DNA of 61,723 bases from Clostridia bacterium (GTDB taxonomy: Bacteria > Bacillota > Clostridia > Christensenellales > QALW01), in the NCBI GenBank assembly GCA_045600145.1, contig JAZRXI010000087.1:1-61723 (forward strand), written 5' to 3'. The translations under genes and the position numbers were made by a program. The notes under the pieces are model-generated. The model saw only the letters and a program-made list of their open reading frames with translations, made no database searches and was not told where the DNA came from. How positions within the stretch are numbered: the stretch's first letter is position 1; each line of letters opens with the position of its first letter. Positions 1-9,834 of this stretch are shown in pieces.

Positions 1-224
1 TTCGCACCGAAAACGTGATGTTTTTCTGCAAGATTTGATGAGGAGGACGAAGTAATATAAGACATATTACGAGGACGACGAATCTTAAGATTGCAAAAAA
101 CAGCCGTTTTCGGCATCGGGGTTCGACTCTCTTATGCTATATCGCGTCGGTACGCATGAAAACGAAAATACCGAAAGATTTGTTACGGAGATATGCTATC
201 CGATAACACAACATAGAAAAGTGT

Positions 225-275
225 CCCTCCGGAAGTCAAATGTTTATTTGATTTCCGGAGGGGAATTTTTGTTTT
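225..275 (+). terminator. Rho-independent terminator closing an unidentified upstream transcript or leader
   Basis: Perfect 10-bp stem CCCTCCGGAA (225-234) / TTCCGGAGGG (253-262), followed by GAATTTTTGTTTT. Confidence 0.7.
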
Positions 276-386
276 GCGGAATATCTGCAAATTCAAATTT
301 TTGATGAAATGTCAAAGATTTATTTGACTAATGTTGAAAAAAGTTATACAATTAAAAAAAATATGCTGTTAAAGAAGGATAGTCTA

Positions 387-1409
387 ATGTCAGATATTCA
401 GAGTGTGCTGAAACAATTCGGCTTCGAGAGTGAAGTAACTTATGAGCCTTACGGTCACGGCCACATCAACGATACATATCTTATCAACGACGATTATATT
501 TTACAGAGAATAAATACATCGGTGTTCAAGGATCCTGACGGGCTTATGAAAAACATCGAGCTCGTGACTGATTTTTTGCGCAAGAGTGCAAAAAATCCCA
601 AACGCGAGGTACTTAAAATAAATAAGACGGTCAACGGGAATAATTATTTCAGGGACGAACAGGGAACTGTTTGGAGAGTGTATGACAGAATACAGAATGC
701 GCGCGGCGTTGAAAGCGCACAGAGCGGTAAGGAAATGAGTGCGTGCGGCTTTGCGTTCGGGGACTTTCAACGCAAGCTGAACGACTTTGACGCGACACTG
801 CTCAGTGAGACGATACCGGATTTCCACAATACAACAAAACGCTTTCTTGCTTTTAAGGATGTGCTTGAAAAGGATGTATGCGGACGAGCGAAGGACGCAC
901 AGGAAGAGATATCATTTGTGCTCGGACATGAAAAGTTTATTTATGATTCAATGGAGATGTATTCGCATCTGCCGCTTCGCGTAACTCACAACGATACTAA
1001 GTTGAACAATGTGTTGCTCGATGTTGTGACACGTGAGCCGGTATGCGTTATTGACCTTGATACGATAATGCCCGGGTATGTTTCGAATGACTTTGGTGAT
1101 GCTGTGCGCTTCGGCGCAAGCACCGCGGCAGAGGATGAAAAAGATCTTTCCAAGGTCGGCTTTTCTATGGAAATGTACAATGCTTTCAAGGAAGGCTTCC
1201 TCAAAGGATGCGGTAATGCTTTGACTGACGGCGAGGTAAAGGCACTGCCTGTCGGCGCAATGCTCATGACACTTGAGTGCGGCATGCGTTTTCTGACGGA
1301 TTATCTTGATGGCGATAACTATTTCAAGACTGCTTACTCGGAGCATAACCTTGTGCGCTGCCGCACACAGTTCAAGCTCGTCAGCGAAATGGAAAAGCTG
1401 TTCAGCTGA
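387..1409 (+). CDS. nahK: N-acetylhexosamine 1-kinase (APH-type phosphotransferase fold, GNB/LNB pathway kinase)
   Basis: Motifs YGHGHINDTY, RVTHNDTKLNNVLLD, IDLDTIMPG, RFGASTAAEDEKDLSKV and ECGMRFLTDYLDGDNYF...EHNLVRCRTQFKLV match my recollection of Bifidobacterium NahK. The ATG at 387 follows GAAGGA; the ORF track begins at 309. Confidence 0.85.
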   Translation: MSDIQSVLKQFGFESEVTYEPYGHGHINDTYLINDDYILQRINTSVFKDPDGLMKNIELVTDFLRKSAKNPKREVLKINKTVNGNNYFRDEQGTVWRVYDRIQNARGVESAQSGKEMSACGFAFGDFQRKLNDFDATLLSETIPDFHNTTKRFLAFKDVLEKDVCGRAKDAQEEISFVLGHEKFIYDSMEMYSHLPLRVTHNDTKLNNVLLDVVTREPVCVIDLDTIMPGYVSNDFGDAVRFGASTAAEDEKDLSKVGFSMEMYNAFKEGFLKGCGNALTDGEVKALPVGAMLMTLECGMRFLTDYLDGDNYFKTAYSEHNLVRCRTQFKLVSEMEKLFS

Positions 1410-1454
1410 GTATATGCGGATAATTATAGTTTTTGAAAGGTCAGCCTATATTAA

Positions 1455-2045
1455 ATGAGAAATACACGCAGGCTTGCACTTACGGGAATTTTTTCGGCAA
1501 TGGCGTTTTTGCTGATGCTGCTTGAATTTCCGCTTGCGTTTGTGATACCCGATTTTATAAAATTCGATTTTTCAGAGCTTCCTGCACTGATATGCGCGTT
1601 TTCGGCAGGTCCCCTGTGGGGAGGTGCTGTATGTCTGATAAAGAATTTACTGCATCTGACAGTTTCGGCGACAGGCGGAGTGGGGGAGCTTGCTAATTTT
1701 TTGCTCGGGATCTGCTTTGTGGTGCCTGCGGGAGCAGTGTATAAAAAGGCACGCACGAAGAACGGCGCGCTTATCGGATGCGTCATCGGCGCGGTTGTCG
1801 GCAGTGTTGTCAGCTTTCCCGTCAATTCTTTCATAACGTATCCGTTTTATATGAATTTTTTGCCTGAAGAAGCCATAATAGCCGCGTACAGAGTATTTAT
1901 ACCGTCACTTGAGTCACTTTGGCAGGCACTGTTGATATTCAATCTGCCGTTTACATTTTTTAAGTTCGCGGCTGATTCGACGATAACATTTTTGATATAT
2001 AAACGAATTTCACCACTACTTAAAGGGAAAAAATCTGCCAAATAA
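1455..2045 (+). CDS. ECF transporter S component, RibU (riboflavin transporter) family
   Basis: Polytopic membrane protein with the RibU-like motif FIKFDFSELPALICAFSAGP. Only 45 nt separate it from nahK, and no FMN riboswitch is visible. Confidence 0.75.
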   Translation: MRNTRRLALTGIFSAMAFLLMLLEFPLAFVIPDFIKFDFSELPALICAFSAGPLWGGAVCLIKNLLHLTVSATGGVGELANFLLGICFVVPAGAVYKKARTKNGALIGCVIGAVVGSVVSFPVNSFITYPFYMNFLPEEAIIAAYRVFIPSLESLWQALLIFNLPFTFFKFAADSTITFLIYKRISPLLKGKKSAK

Positions 2046-2065
2046 TGAAAAAAATAAAATAATGC

Positions 2066-2094
2066 GTGCAAAATATTTGTTTTTGTGATATAAT
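2066..2094 (+). promoter_or_regulatory. Candidate sigma-A promoter of the hydrogenase operon
   Basis: GTGCAA (2066-2071), a 17-nt spacer and TATAAT (2089-2094), about 65 nt upstream of the first hydrogenase gene. Confidence 0.5.
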
Positions 2095-2126
2095 CTATTT
2101 GTGCCTGTTTTGTCAGGTACAAATAG
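2095..2126. promoter_or_regulatory. 32-nt near-perfect palindrome just downstream of the -10 box (candidate operator or 5'-UTR hairpin)
   Basis: CTATTTGTGCCTG-TTTTGT-CAGGTACAAATAG. The arms are complementary with one mismatch. Confidence 0.45.
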
Positions 2127-2156
2127 GTATATAATTTTTTTAGGGGGATAACAAAA

Positions 2157-2639
2157 ATGGCTTTAACAAATGAACAGAAGCAGGCTGCATTTGCTGAGCT
2201 GGCGCAATTCATCGAAGAAAAAAAAGATGATGCCGGCAAGCTCATGCCCATCATGCAGCAGGCACAAAAGCTTTTCGGTTGCGTTTCGCTTGAAGTGCAG
2301 GAATTCATTTCCGAAAAGACCGGCGCGCCCGTATCTGAGCTTTACGGGATCGCTACCTTCTATGCGCAGTTTACGCTTGAACCCAAGGGTGATAATGTCG
2401 TTAGCGTATGTCAAGGTACTGCCTGCTATGTCAAGGGCGGCGCGGCTATACTTGAAGAGGTAAAGAAAATCCTCGGCATTGACGCGGGTCAGACGACGAA
2501 GGACGGTAAGTTCTCGATACAGGATACCCGCTGTCTCGGCTGCTGCGGACTTGCACCCGTAATGGTAATAAATGAGGACGTTTACGGACGGCTTGTTCCT
2601 GCCGATGTAAAAGGCATATTGGAAAAGTATATGGCGTAA
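2157..2639 (+). CDS. hndA: NuoE-like thioredoxin-fold [2Fe-2S] subunit of an NAD(P)-linked [FeFe] hydrogenase
   Basis: NuoE/HndA cysteine pattern (VCQGTACYVKG ... CLGCCGLAPVMVIN). It is the first gene of the hydrogenase operon. Confidence 0.85.
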   Translation: MALTNEQKQAAFAELAQFIEEKKDDAGKLMPIMQQAQKLFGCVSLEVQEFISEKTGAPVSELYGIATFYAQFTLEPKGDNVVSVCQGTACYVKGGAAILEEVKKILGIDAGQTTKDGKFSIQDTRCLGCCGLAPVMVINEDVYGRLVPADVKGILEKYMA

Positions 2640-2670
2640 GCCGTGAAATCTGAGAAAGGAATCTGAGCTT

Positions 2671-3039
2671 ATGAAATCATTGAATGAATTGCAGGCAATC
2701 AAGGAAAAAATGCAGGACAAGATCATCGTCAGACCCGGCTCGGGAAACATCCGCGTAGTAGTCGGCATGGCTACCTGCGGTAAAGCGGCGGGAGCGGCTC
2801 CCGTTCTCGATGCACTTGTTGCCGGTGTTGAAAAAGAAGGACTCGGCGGCAAGGTCACCGTTTCGCAGACCGGCTGTGTCGGCATTTGCCAATATGAGCC
2901 CGTAGTTGAGGTTTACGAGGCTGACAAAAGAGTTACTTATGTTAAAATGACCGCGGAAAAGGCTGAAGAAGTTGTAAAGAAGCACCTTGCCGGCGGCGAA
3001 GTAGTAGCCGAATACACTATCGGCAATTACAAAGATTGA
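2671..3039 (+). CDS. hndB: Small [2Fe-2S] ferredoxin-like hydrogenase subunit (HndB-like)
   Basis: 122 aa with MATCGKAAG ... [13 protein letters not shown], located between the NuoE-like and NuoF-like genes. Confidence 0.7.
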   Translation: MKSLNELQAIKEKMQDKIIVRPGSGNIRVVVGMATCGKAAGAAPVLDALVAGVEKEGLGGKVTVSQTGCVGICQYEPVVEVYEADKRVTYVKMTAEKAEEVVKKHLAGGEVVAEYTIGNYKD

Positions 3040-3053
3040 TCGGAGGTATAATC

Positions 3054-4592
3054 ATGACTGAAAATATCAACGGAGCGCAGGGCGCGGTGTCACTTGATGC
3101 TATACCGTTCTACGGGGCACAGAAGCGTGTCGTTCTCCGCAACTGCGGCGTTATCGATCCCGAAAGTATCGACGAATACATAGCCATGGACGGCTATCAG
3201 GCACTTGGCAAGGCTCTTACCGAAATGACGCCCGATGACGTTATAAAGGTAATAACCGACTCCGGACTTCGCGGACGCGGAGGCGGCGGCTTCCCGACCG
3301 GCAGAAAGTGGGCACTTTGCGCCCCCAATAAGGCACCTCAGAAGTATGTTGTCTGCAACGCCGATGAAGGCGACCCGGGTGCATTCATGGACCGTTCAGT
3401 ACTTGAAGGTGACCCGCACTGCATCATCGAAGCAATGGCGATCGCAGGTTATGCAATCGGCGCAAGCATCGGTTACATTTATGTCCGCGCTGAATATCCC
3501 GTTGCCGTTGAGCGTTTGCAGATCGCAATACAAAAAGCGCATGAATACGGGCTTTTGGGTAAAAATATATTCGGTACGGATTTCAGCTTTGAACTTTATA
3601 TCCGTCTCGGTGCAGGCGCGTTCGTCTGCGGTGAGGAAACCGCACTTATGCGTTCTATAGAAGGCAAGCGCGGCGAGCCCCGTCCGAGACCTCCGTATCC
3701 GGCTGTAAAGGGCCTTTACGATTCTCCCACGGTTGAAAACAATGTTGAGACATTCGCGAATGTTGCTCAAATCATCCTTCACGGTGCGGATTGGTTCAAG
3801 AGCGTCGGCACTGAAAAGTCAACGGGTACGAAGATATTCGCGCTCGGCGGAAAAATCAAGAACACCGGACTTGTTGAGATACCCATGGGTACTCCGCTTT
3901 CCAAGATCATTTACGATATCGGCGGCGGCATCCCCAATGGCAAGAAGTTCAAGGCCGTTCAGACCGGCGGACCTTCGGGCGGATGCATCCCGGCATCACT
4001 TATAGATATCAGCGTTGATTACGATTCGCTTACATCCATCGGCTGCATGATGGGCTCGGGCGGTATGATCGTAATGGACGAGGACAACTGCATGGTGGAT
4101 ATCGCGAAATTCTTCCTTGAGTTCATTGTTGACGAATCCTGCGGTAAATGCACACCCTGCCGTATAGGTACTCGCCGTATGCTTGAGTTGCTTACCAAGA
4201 TAACCGACGGGAAGGGCGAGGACGGCGATATTGAAAAGCTCGAAAGCCTTGCCAATACCATCAAGTCAACGTCGCTTTGCGGTCTCGGTCAGACGGCACC
4301 CAACCCCGTACTTTCTACCATTCGCTTCTTCCGTGATGAGTATGAGGCTCATATTTATAAGAAGGAATGCCCGGCTCATTACTGCAAGGCGTTCAAAAAG
4401 TACACGATCGACAAGGATAAGTGCATGGGCTGCGGTCTTTGCGCAAAGAGCTGCCCTGTTTCCGCTATTGCCAAGACAGATTATGTTGCACCCGGTCACA
4501 AGTTGGCTTCTTACGCAATCGACAGCGAAAAATGCGTAAAGTGCGGCGCTTGTCAGGCAAATTGCAAATTCAATGCCATTGAAATAAAATAA
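3054..4592 (+). CDS. hndC: NuoF-like NAD(P)H/FMN-binding Fe-S subunit of the hydrogenase
   Basis: [23 protein letters not shown] motif, a C-x2-C-x2-C-x3-CP ferredoxin tail ([23 protein letters not shown]), and GGAGG 8 nt before the ATG at 3054. Confidence 0.9.
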   Translation: MTENINGAQGAVSLDAIPFYGAQKRVVLRNCGVIDPESIDEYIAMDGYQALGKALTEMTPDDVIKVITDSGLRGRGGGGFPTGRKWALCAPNKAPQKYVVCNADEGDPGAFMDRSVLEGDPHCIIEAMAIAGYAIGASIGYIYVRAEYPVAVERLQIAIQKAHEYGLLGKNIFGTDFSFELYIRLGAGAFVCGEETALMRSIEGKRGEPRPRPPYPAVKGLYDSPTVENNVETFANVAQIILHGADWFKSVGTEKSTGTKIFALGGKIKNTGLVEIPMGTPLSKIIYDIGGGIPNGKKFKAVQTGGPSGGCIPASLIDISVDYDSLTSIGCMMGSGGMIVMDEDNCMVDIAKFFLEFIVDESCGKCTPCRIGTRRMLELLTKITDGKGEDGDIEKLESLANTIKSTSLCGLGQTAPNPVLSTIRFFRDEYEAHIYKKECPAHYCKAFKKYTIDKDKCMGCGLCAKSCPVSAIAKTDYVAPGHKLASYAIDSEKCVKCGACQANCKFNAIEIK

Positions 4593-4610
4593 GTGTGGGA
4601 GGTAAAGAAA

Positions 4611-6368
4611 ATGGAAAATAAAATGATTACTTTGACCATTGACGGTATTTCGGTAACAGTTCCCGAAGGTACGACCGTTCTTGAAGCTGCAAGACAGGCA
4701 AAAATCAATATCCCTACACTCTGCTATCTTAAGGGTATAAATCAGATCGGTGCCTGCCGTATCTGCATGGTAGAAATCGAAGGCGCCCGCGGTCTTGCCG
4801 CGGCATGCGTTATGCCTGCCGGTGACGGTATGGTAGTTAAAACGAACACCCCCAAGCTCCGTGCGGTAAGAAAGGACAACCTCGAACTGCTTCTTTCAAA
4901 CCACAACCGTGAATGCACCACATGCGTGCGCTCCGGCAAGTGCGAGCTTCAGGCTCTTTCGAACGAGTACGGCATAACGGGCATCCAATATGAAGGCGCA
5001 AAGACCTTCAAGCCCACGGATGTTGACGACCTTTCGCCCTCTATCGTTCGTGATAACAGTAAGTGTATCCACTGCCGCCGCTGTATTGCGGTGTGCAACA
5101 ATGTTCAGAAGATAGGCGCTATCGGAATGGGTAAGCGCGGCTTCAAATCTACAGTAGGTCCTGCGTTTGGTCTTTCGCTTGCTGATTCGCCCTGCGTAAA
5201 CTGCGGTCAGTGTATCGAAGCTTGCCCGGTAGGCGCGCTTCATGAAAAGAGTGAAATAGATAACGTTTGGAATGCGCTTGCAGATCCCGATAAATTCGTT
5301 TGCATCCAGCCCGCTCCTGCCGTACGCGCTTCACTCGGTGAAGAATTCGGCATGCCGATAGGTACTGATGTTACCGGCAAAATGGCGGCTTCGATGCGCC
5401 GTCTCGGCTTCGACAAGGTGTTCGATACCGATTTTGCCGCAGACCTTACGATAATGGAAGAGGGAACAGAGCTTCTTGACCGCATCAAGAACGGCGGCGT
5501 GCTTCCGATGATTACATCGTGCTCGCCCGGATGGATAACCTACTGCGAGAAATTCTATCCCGAATTTATCCCGAATCTTTCGACCTGTAAATCGCCTCAC
5601 GAAATGGAAGGCGCGATGATCAAGTCGTATTACGCAGAGAAGATGGGTATTGATCCCGCAAAGATATTTGTTGTATCGGTTATGCCCTGCACCGCAAAGA
5701 AAGCGGAATCTCAGCGTGAGCAGCTTGTAACAAACGGTCTGCGTGACGTTGATGCCGTACTTACAGTTCGTGAGTATGCTAAAATGGTCAAGACTGCTGG
5801 TATTGATTTCGCGTCTCTTGATGATGAAGATTTTGACAGCATTCTCGGTGAATCTACCGGCGCAGGCGTTATCTTCGGCGTAACCGGCGGCGTTATGGAA
5901 GCGGCTCTTCGTACTGTTTATGAAATCGTAACGGGCAAGGAACTTGAAAATGTTGAATTTACCGATGTCCGCGGCTTCGAAGGCGTTAAGGAAGCTGAGA
6001 TCGACCTTGCCGGAACAAAGGTAAGCGTTGCGATCGCTCATGGTACGGCAAACGCAGCAAAGGTACTTGATGCTGTTAAAGCAGGAGAGAAGAACTATAC
6101 ATTTATCGAGGTTATGTGCTGTCCCGGCGGATGTATCACCGGTGGCGGTCAGCCGATAGTTAATGCAAAGACTCAGGCGAGCGTAAATGTAAAAGAGCTT
6201 CGTGCAAAGGTGCTTTATGGTGCGGATGCGAACAAGGCAAAAAGAAAGTCGCACCTCAACGAAGAAGTAATGAAGGCTTACAAGGAGTTCCTCGGCGAGC
6301 CCAACAGCCATAAAGCGCATGAGCTTCTTCATACTTCGTATTCACCGAAGCCCAAGTACAAGAATTAA
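4611..6368 (+). CDS. hndD: [FeFe] hydrogenase catalytic subunit (H-cluster)
   Basis: N-terminal 2Fe-2S and 4Fe-4S domains plus H-cluster motifs TSCSPGW, MPCTAKKAE and CCPGGCITGGGQP. GGGAGG precedes the ATG at 4611. Confidence 0.92.
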   Translation: MENKMITLTIDGISVTVPEGTTVLEAARQAKINIPTLCYLKGINQIGACRICMVEIEGARGLAAACVMPAGDGMVVKTNTPKLRAVRKDNLELLLSNHNRECTTCVRSGKCELQALSNEYGITGIQYEGAKTFKPTDVDDLSPSIVRDNSKCIHCRRCIAVCNNVQKIGAIGMGKRGFKSTVGPAFGLSLADSPCVNCGQCIEACPVGALHEKSEIDNVWNALADPDKFVCIQPAPAVRASLGEEFGMPIGTDVTGKMAASMRRLGFDKVFDTDFAADLTIMEEGTELLDRIKNGGVLPMITSCSPGWITYCEKFYPEFIPNLSTCKSPHEMEGAMIKSYYAEKMGIDPAKIFVVSVMPCTAKKAESQREQLVTNGLRDVDAVLTVREYAKMVKTAGIDFASLDDEDFDSILGESTGAGVIFGVTGGVMEAALRTVYEIVTGKELENVEFTDVRGFEGVKEAEIDLAGTKVSVAIAHGTANAAKVLDAVKAGEKNYTFIEVMCCPGGCITGGGQPIVNAKTQASVNVKELRAKVLYGADANKAKRKSHLNEEVMKAYKEFLGEPNSHKAHELLHTSYSPKPKYKN

Positions 6369-6380
6369 AAATATAGTGTG

Positions 6381-6417
6381 TCAGTGGCAGTTTTTTGTAA
6401 CTGCCGCTGATTTTTTT
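6381..6417 (+). terminator. Terminator of the hydrogenase operon
   Basis: Stem TCAGTGGCAGTT / AACTGCCGCTGA followed by a T7 run. Confidence 0.7.
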
Positions 6418-6482
6418 GTTTGATTCTATAGAAATTTTATGTTATAACTACAATATTTGCTTTTGTTGAGGGGAACTTTACT

Positions 6483-7778
6483 GTGGATATTAAAGGAGTG
6501 GTTGAATCACTGAAAGACTGCGATTGCGGTCGGGCACATAATGTCAATATAAAGTGTGTTGCGATAGAGCAGGGACTTGTACATCGGTGCGCACAGATAT
6601 TATCCGAAAACGGTTTTCCGCAAAATATTCTTGTCGTTGCCGACAAAAATGAGCTGAACGCAAGTGCGGGAATACTTGAAAACTTGGCGGCAGGCGGCAT
6701 AAATGTCGAACTTAAACTATATGACGATCTGCGTGTGGCGGAAGAGAGGCTTGTGCTTGAAGTAACGGCGCTTGCCCGGAAACATGACGGTATTCTTTCG
6801 ATAGGCAGCGGTTCATGTAACGATATCTGCCGACGAGCCGCTTTGCTTGCAGATAAAGAATTTGCGATTTTTGCTACCGCACCGTCGATGGACGGCTTTG
6901 CTTCGGGAACTTCACCTATAACGGACAATAATTTCAAGATGACAAGACCGGCAAGACAGCCGAGCATCATTATCGGCGATACCGACATTCTTGCAAAAGC
7001 TCCCGACATACTCAAGGTTGCAGGCTTCGGCGATGTGCTTGCAAAATATGCCGCGCTTGCGGATTGGCGGATATCAAATCTGCTAATCGGCGAAAAGTTT
7101 TGCCCGCATATAGCTCAATTCGTAAGAGAAAACCTCAAAAGAATGGAAGAGCTTGCGGACAAGGTAACAAGCGATGACCCGGAAACGGCAGGAGCGATAA
7201 TGGAAGCACTTGTATGGGCGGGACTGTATATGAAGCTTGCCGACAGCGTGAGACCGGCATCGGGCGCGGAGCATATAATTGCACATTTTTGGGGAATAAA
7301 GAACCTTGAAAAGGGCGTAGAATCGGATTTCCACGGCAGAGAGGTCGGAGTTGCGACGCTTTATATATCACGCATTTATTACGACATCATCGGTCGTACG
7401 AATGTCAGCTTTACCGAAGATATGACAGATTGGGATGAGGTATATCGCATTTACGGTGAAAACCTGCGAGGTGATATCACCAAAATGAACGATCCTACGG
7501 TCACGGCAGATGCCACACCCGAAAACCTCAGAGAAAATTGGCAGAAGATATGTGATATAGTACGCGAAGAGATACCCTCACCCGAAAAACTGCTGTCGCT
7601 TATGCGACGCGCAGGTGCGCCGATGACGATCGGAGAGATAGGCGTTGACAGCAAACTTGGCTTGAACGGACTTAAATTTCATCCGTATATGCGTCACCGC
7701 CTTACACTTACAAGACTTTTGCCGATGACGAATATAAATATCGACTATAAAAAAATTATTGATGAAAGCAAATGGTAA
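6483..7778 (+). CDS. sn-glycerol-1-phosphate dehydrogenase-like (AraM/EgsA family, iron-dependent ADH superfamily)
   Basis: About 430 aa with overall resemblance to bacterial G1PDH homologues (GSGSCNDI, FGDVLAKY, SGAEHIIAHFWG). GTG start with GAGGGGA upstream. Confidence 0.6.
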   Translation: MDIKGVVESLKDCDCGRAHNVNIKCVAIEQGLVHRCAQILSENGFPQNILVVADKNELNASAGILENLAAGGINVELKLYDDLRVAEERLVLEVTALARKHDGILSIGSGSCNDICRRAALLADKEFAIFATAPSMDGFASGTSPITDNNFKMTRPARQPSIIIGDTDILAKAPDILKVAGFGDVLAKYAALADWRISNLLIGEKFCPHIAQFVRENLKRMEELADKVTSDDPETAGAIMEALVWAGLYMKLADSVRPASGAEHIIAHFWGIKNLEKGVESDFHGREVGVATLYISRIYYDIIGRTNVSFTEDMTDWDEVYRIYGENLRGDITKMNDPTVTADATPENLRENWQKICDIVREEIPSPEKLLSLMRRAGAPMTIGEIGVDSKLGLNGLKFHPYMRHRLTLTRLLPMTNINIDYKKIIDESKW

Positions 7779-7812
7779 AATTAAAGGCGGCTTTGCGCTT
7801 TGAACGGATAAA

Positions 7813-7858
7813 AACAGCAGTGTCGGGATCAAAATGATCTTAACACCGCTGTTTTTTT
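7813..7858 (+). terminator. Terminator after the G1PDH-like gene
   Basis: AACAGCAGTGT ... ACACCGCTGTT stem followed by a T-run. Confidence 0.6.
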
Positions 7859-7939
7859 GAATATTTGACTTCGCTTTTTTAGAGAAACGCTTTTGCAGGC
7901 GTTTTTGTGTCCTGAAAGAGTGAGCTTTTGCAGTACGGA

Positions 7940-9316
7940 CTATTTCTTTAGCGATCCGAGAAGTGATTTGCCTTCCTTTACTATCAGCTCGCCGACACCT
8001 GCTTTGAAAATGGAGGATTTGGCTTCATAGCCGCCCTCATCGAAGGAATCCTTCATGGGGAAATAGCCGTCGCACCCGTTGACAAGACAGCACGGTATGA
8101 TCATATCGTAGCCCTCGGTGGCTTTGAGCTGATTACCTATTTCGGAGAACGGCTCGCCGGGAATGCCTACGAACGCGATTTTGCCTATTCTGACTGCCGC
8201 AAACGACATCTTGAATGCTTCGGGACCGTTTTGGAGGCGAAGCTTTCTGCTGGCATCTGCAAGCATCGTGGTAAGCATCATGCCCTTATAGGGAAGTTCG
8301 TTTTCACGTCCGGCGTCATGAAATGCTTTTATTTTTTCGGCTTCGGGAATCTCCGACGGATGCGGCATATTGGACGGGATATCTATAGTGCTTTCGATCG
8401 AATCAATACTTTCGCAGTCACAGTATTCAGCTTTGTCCCATACCTGAAGCACCGCACCGGCAATAGCGCGTCCGATGAAACGGGAATGACCGTATCCGCG
8501 CGGCACGTCATCAAAATCAACGGCAAGGTCGTTCATAAAGCCTTTTGACGGCATGACATTCACATGATTGACGTCGCCCTCGGCACCGTTGAAGAAAATA
8601 CATTTGGTATTGTCAAGCGTCTTTTCAAGAGTTGCGGCAAGGAAGCCGGGCCAATCTGCGGAAATCAGCGTTCCGCCGATAACATCGGGGTGATTCGGAA
8701 AGTTTACAAGCGCGATGCTGTCGTTTTCACGGTCGAAACGAACGATATTAACATCCGAATCGGGCTCGCCGAATGACGACACTATATCGGGATTGTTTAT
8801 ACCGGGGTTGGTGCGAACGCTTCCGTCCTTCATGCGGTAGCGACGCAGGAACGAAACACCCTTTGCCGTACCTTTGCAGAAGCCGATGCGCGCGGGAGAC
8901 ATATCCTCTATTGCCGCAAGCGCCGTATCGGTAAGGCGCTTTTCCAGAAATGTGCGGTATTCATCAACGAGTTCACACCCGCTTTCATCTCCGGCAGTAA
9001 CTATTTCCTCTGAGTTATTCATCAAAACATACGGTGCGGTATGCGTATGAGTGCAGTGTAAAAACAGTGCACTTTCGGGAAGCCCCGTTGCTTTTGATAT
9101 CGTTTTACGGTAGCCGGAAGCCACGGATGTGGGTAATTTAAGCAGGTCTATCGACATCATTATAACTGTCTTTTCTCCTGCTTTGAGCGCAAGTGCCGAA
9201 GTGTTCAGCGTATCAAGTACGCCTGTTGCTTCACGTTTTACAAAATACCCGGCTAATTCTATTCCGCGCATCGGCGTGATATCGGCGCGGGCAAATCCGG
9301 CAGAAAGCTTATTCAT
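7940..9316 (-). CDS. Neutral/alkaline ceramidase N-terminal-domain-like hydrolase
   Basis: The N-terminus (AGFARADITP...GIELAGY) and H-x-H region (HCTHTHTAP) resemble the non-lysosomal ceramidase-like family. Function is not established. Confidence 0.5.
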   Translation of the reverse strand: MNKLSAGFARADITPMRGIELAGYFVKREATGVLDTLNTSALALKAGEKTVIMMSIDLLKLPTSVASGYRKTISKATGLPESALFLHCTHTHTAPYVLMNNSEEIVTAGDESGCELVDEYRTFLEKRLTDTALAAIEDMSPARIGFCKGTAKGVSFLRRYRMKDGSVRTNPGINNPDIVSSFGEPDSDVNIVRFDRENDSIALVNFPNHPDVIGGTLISADWPGFLAATLEKTLDNTKCIFFNGAEGDVNHVNVMPSKGFMNDLAVDFDDVPRGYGHSRFIGRAIAGAVLQVWDKAEYCDCESIDSIESTIDIPSNMPHPSEIPEAEKIKAFHDAGRENELPYKGMMLTTMLADASRKLRLQNGPEAFKMSFAAVRIGKIAFVGIPGEPFSEIGNQLKATEGYDMIIPCCLVNGCDGYFPMKDSFDEGGYEAKSSIFKAGVGELIVKEGKSLLGSLKK

Positions 9317-9521
9317 TTGATTTTCTCCTTATGAAACTATATGCTTTTAACAATATAATAATAATACACGGCATAAAAGTCAAGAAAAACTTCGTAATAA
9401 ACGATTTTTTTGTAAAAAACGCTTGCCAAAACCACTGTGTTTGTGGTATCATTATACGGCAGATAAATCCTTGTTCTCTTTTTTGTGAGAGAACCTAAGT
9501 CCATAAGGAGGTGAATTGGGT

Positions 9522-9809
9522 ATGAATAAGTACGAGGCACTCTACATCATCAACCCGAAGCTGGATGGTGAGGCTACTAAAGCCATCATTGATAAGTTTG
9601 CGGCGCTTGTAGCCGATAACTGCGGCACGGTTGACGGTATCGAGGAGCAGGGCATCAAGAAGCTCGCTTATGAGATCAACTTCTTAAACGAAGGCTTTTA
9701 TGTTCTCATGAACTTCACGGCTGACCCCGCTTTCCCCGCTGAGCTTGAAAGAAACTTCAAGATCTGCGAGGATATAATGCGTTTCATCGTTATAAAGAAG
9801 GAAGCTTAA
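9522..9809 (+). CDS. rpsF: 30S ribosomal protein S6
   Basis: [12 protein letters not shown]... is a typical S6 start. AAGGAGG precedes the ATG at 9522. Conserved rpsF-ssb-rpsR order. Confidence 0.95.
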   Translation: MNKYEALYIINPKLDGEATKAIIDKFAALVADNCGTVDGIEEQGIKKLAYEINFLNEGFYVLMNFTADPAFPAELERNFKICEDIMRFIVIKKEA

Positions 9810-9834
9810 TTTTAACTTTAAGGGGAATGTACAT

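Noticed and set aside
118-145. tRNA/tmRNA-like T-loop string GGGGTTCGACTCTC
   Set aside because: The flanks do not form a proper T-stem (only G-C and G-U alternation). No acceptor stem, CCA or rest of a cloverleaf can be built. At most it is a decayed fragment.
1410-1454. Possible FMN riboswitch ahead of the RibU-like gene
   Set aside because: The spacer is only 45 nt, and none of the conserved RFN element sequence is present here or in 1-386.
2095-2126. Calling the hydrogenase palindrome a Rex box
   Set aside because: Only the outer TTGT/ACAA resemble Rex half-sites. The spacing and inner bases do not fit the TTGTGAA-N4-TTCACAA consensus. It is kept as a generic candidate operator instead.
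2163-2885. 240-aa ORF on the - strand
   Set aside because: It spans two well-supported + strand hydrogenase subunit genes and shows no motifs.
5331-6332. 333-aa ORF on the - strand
   Set aside because: It is antisense to the H-cluster domain of the [FeFe] hydrogenase gene, whose motifs are unambiguous on the + strand.
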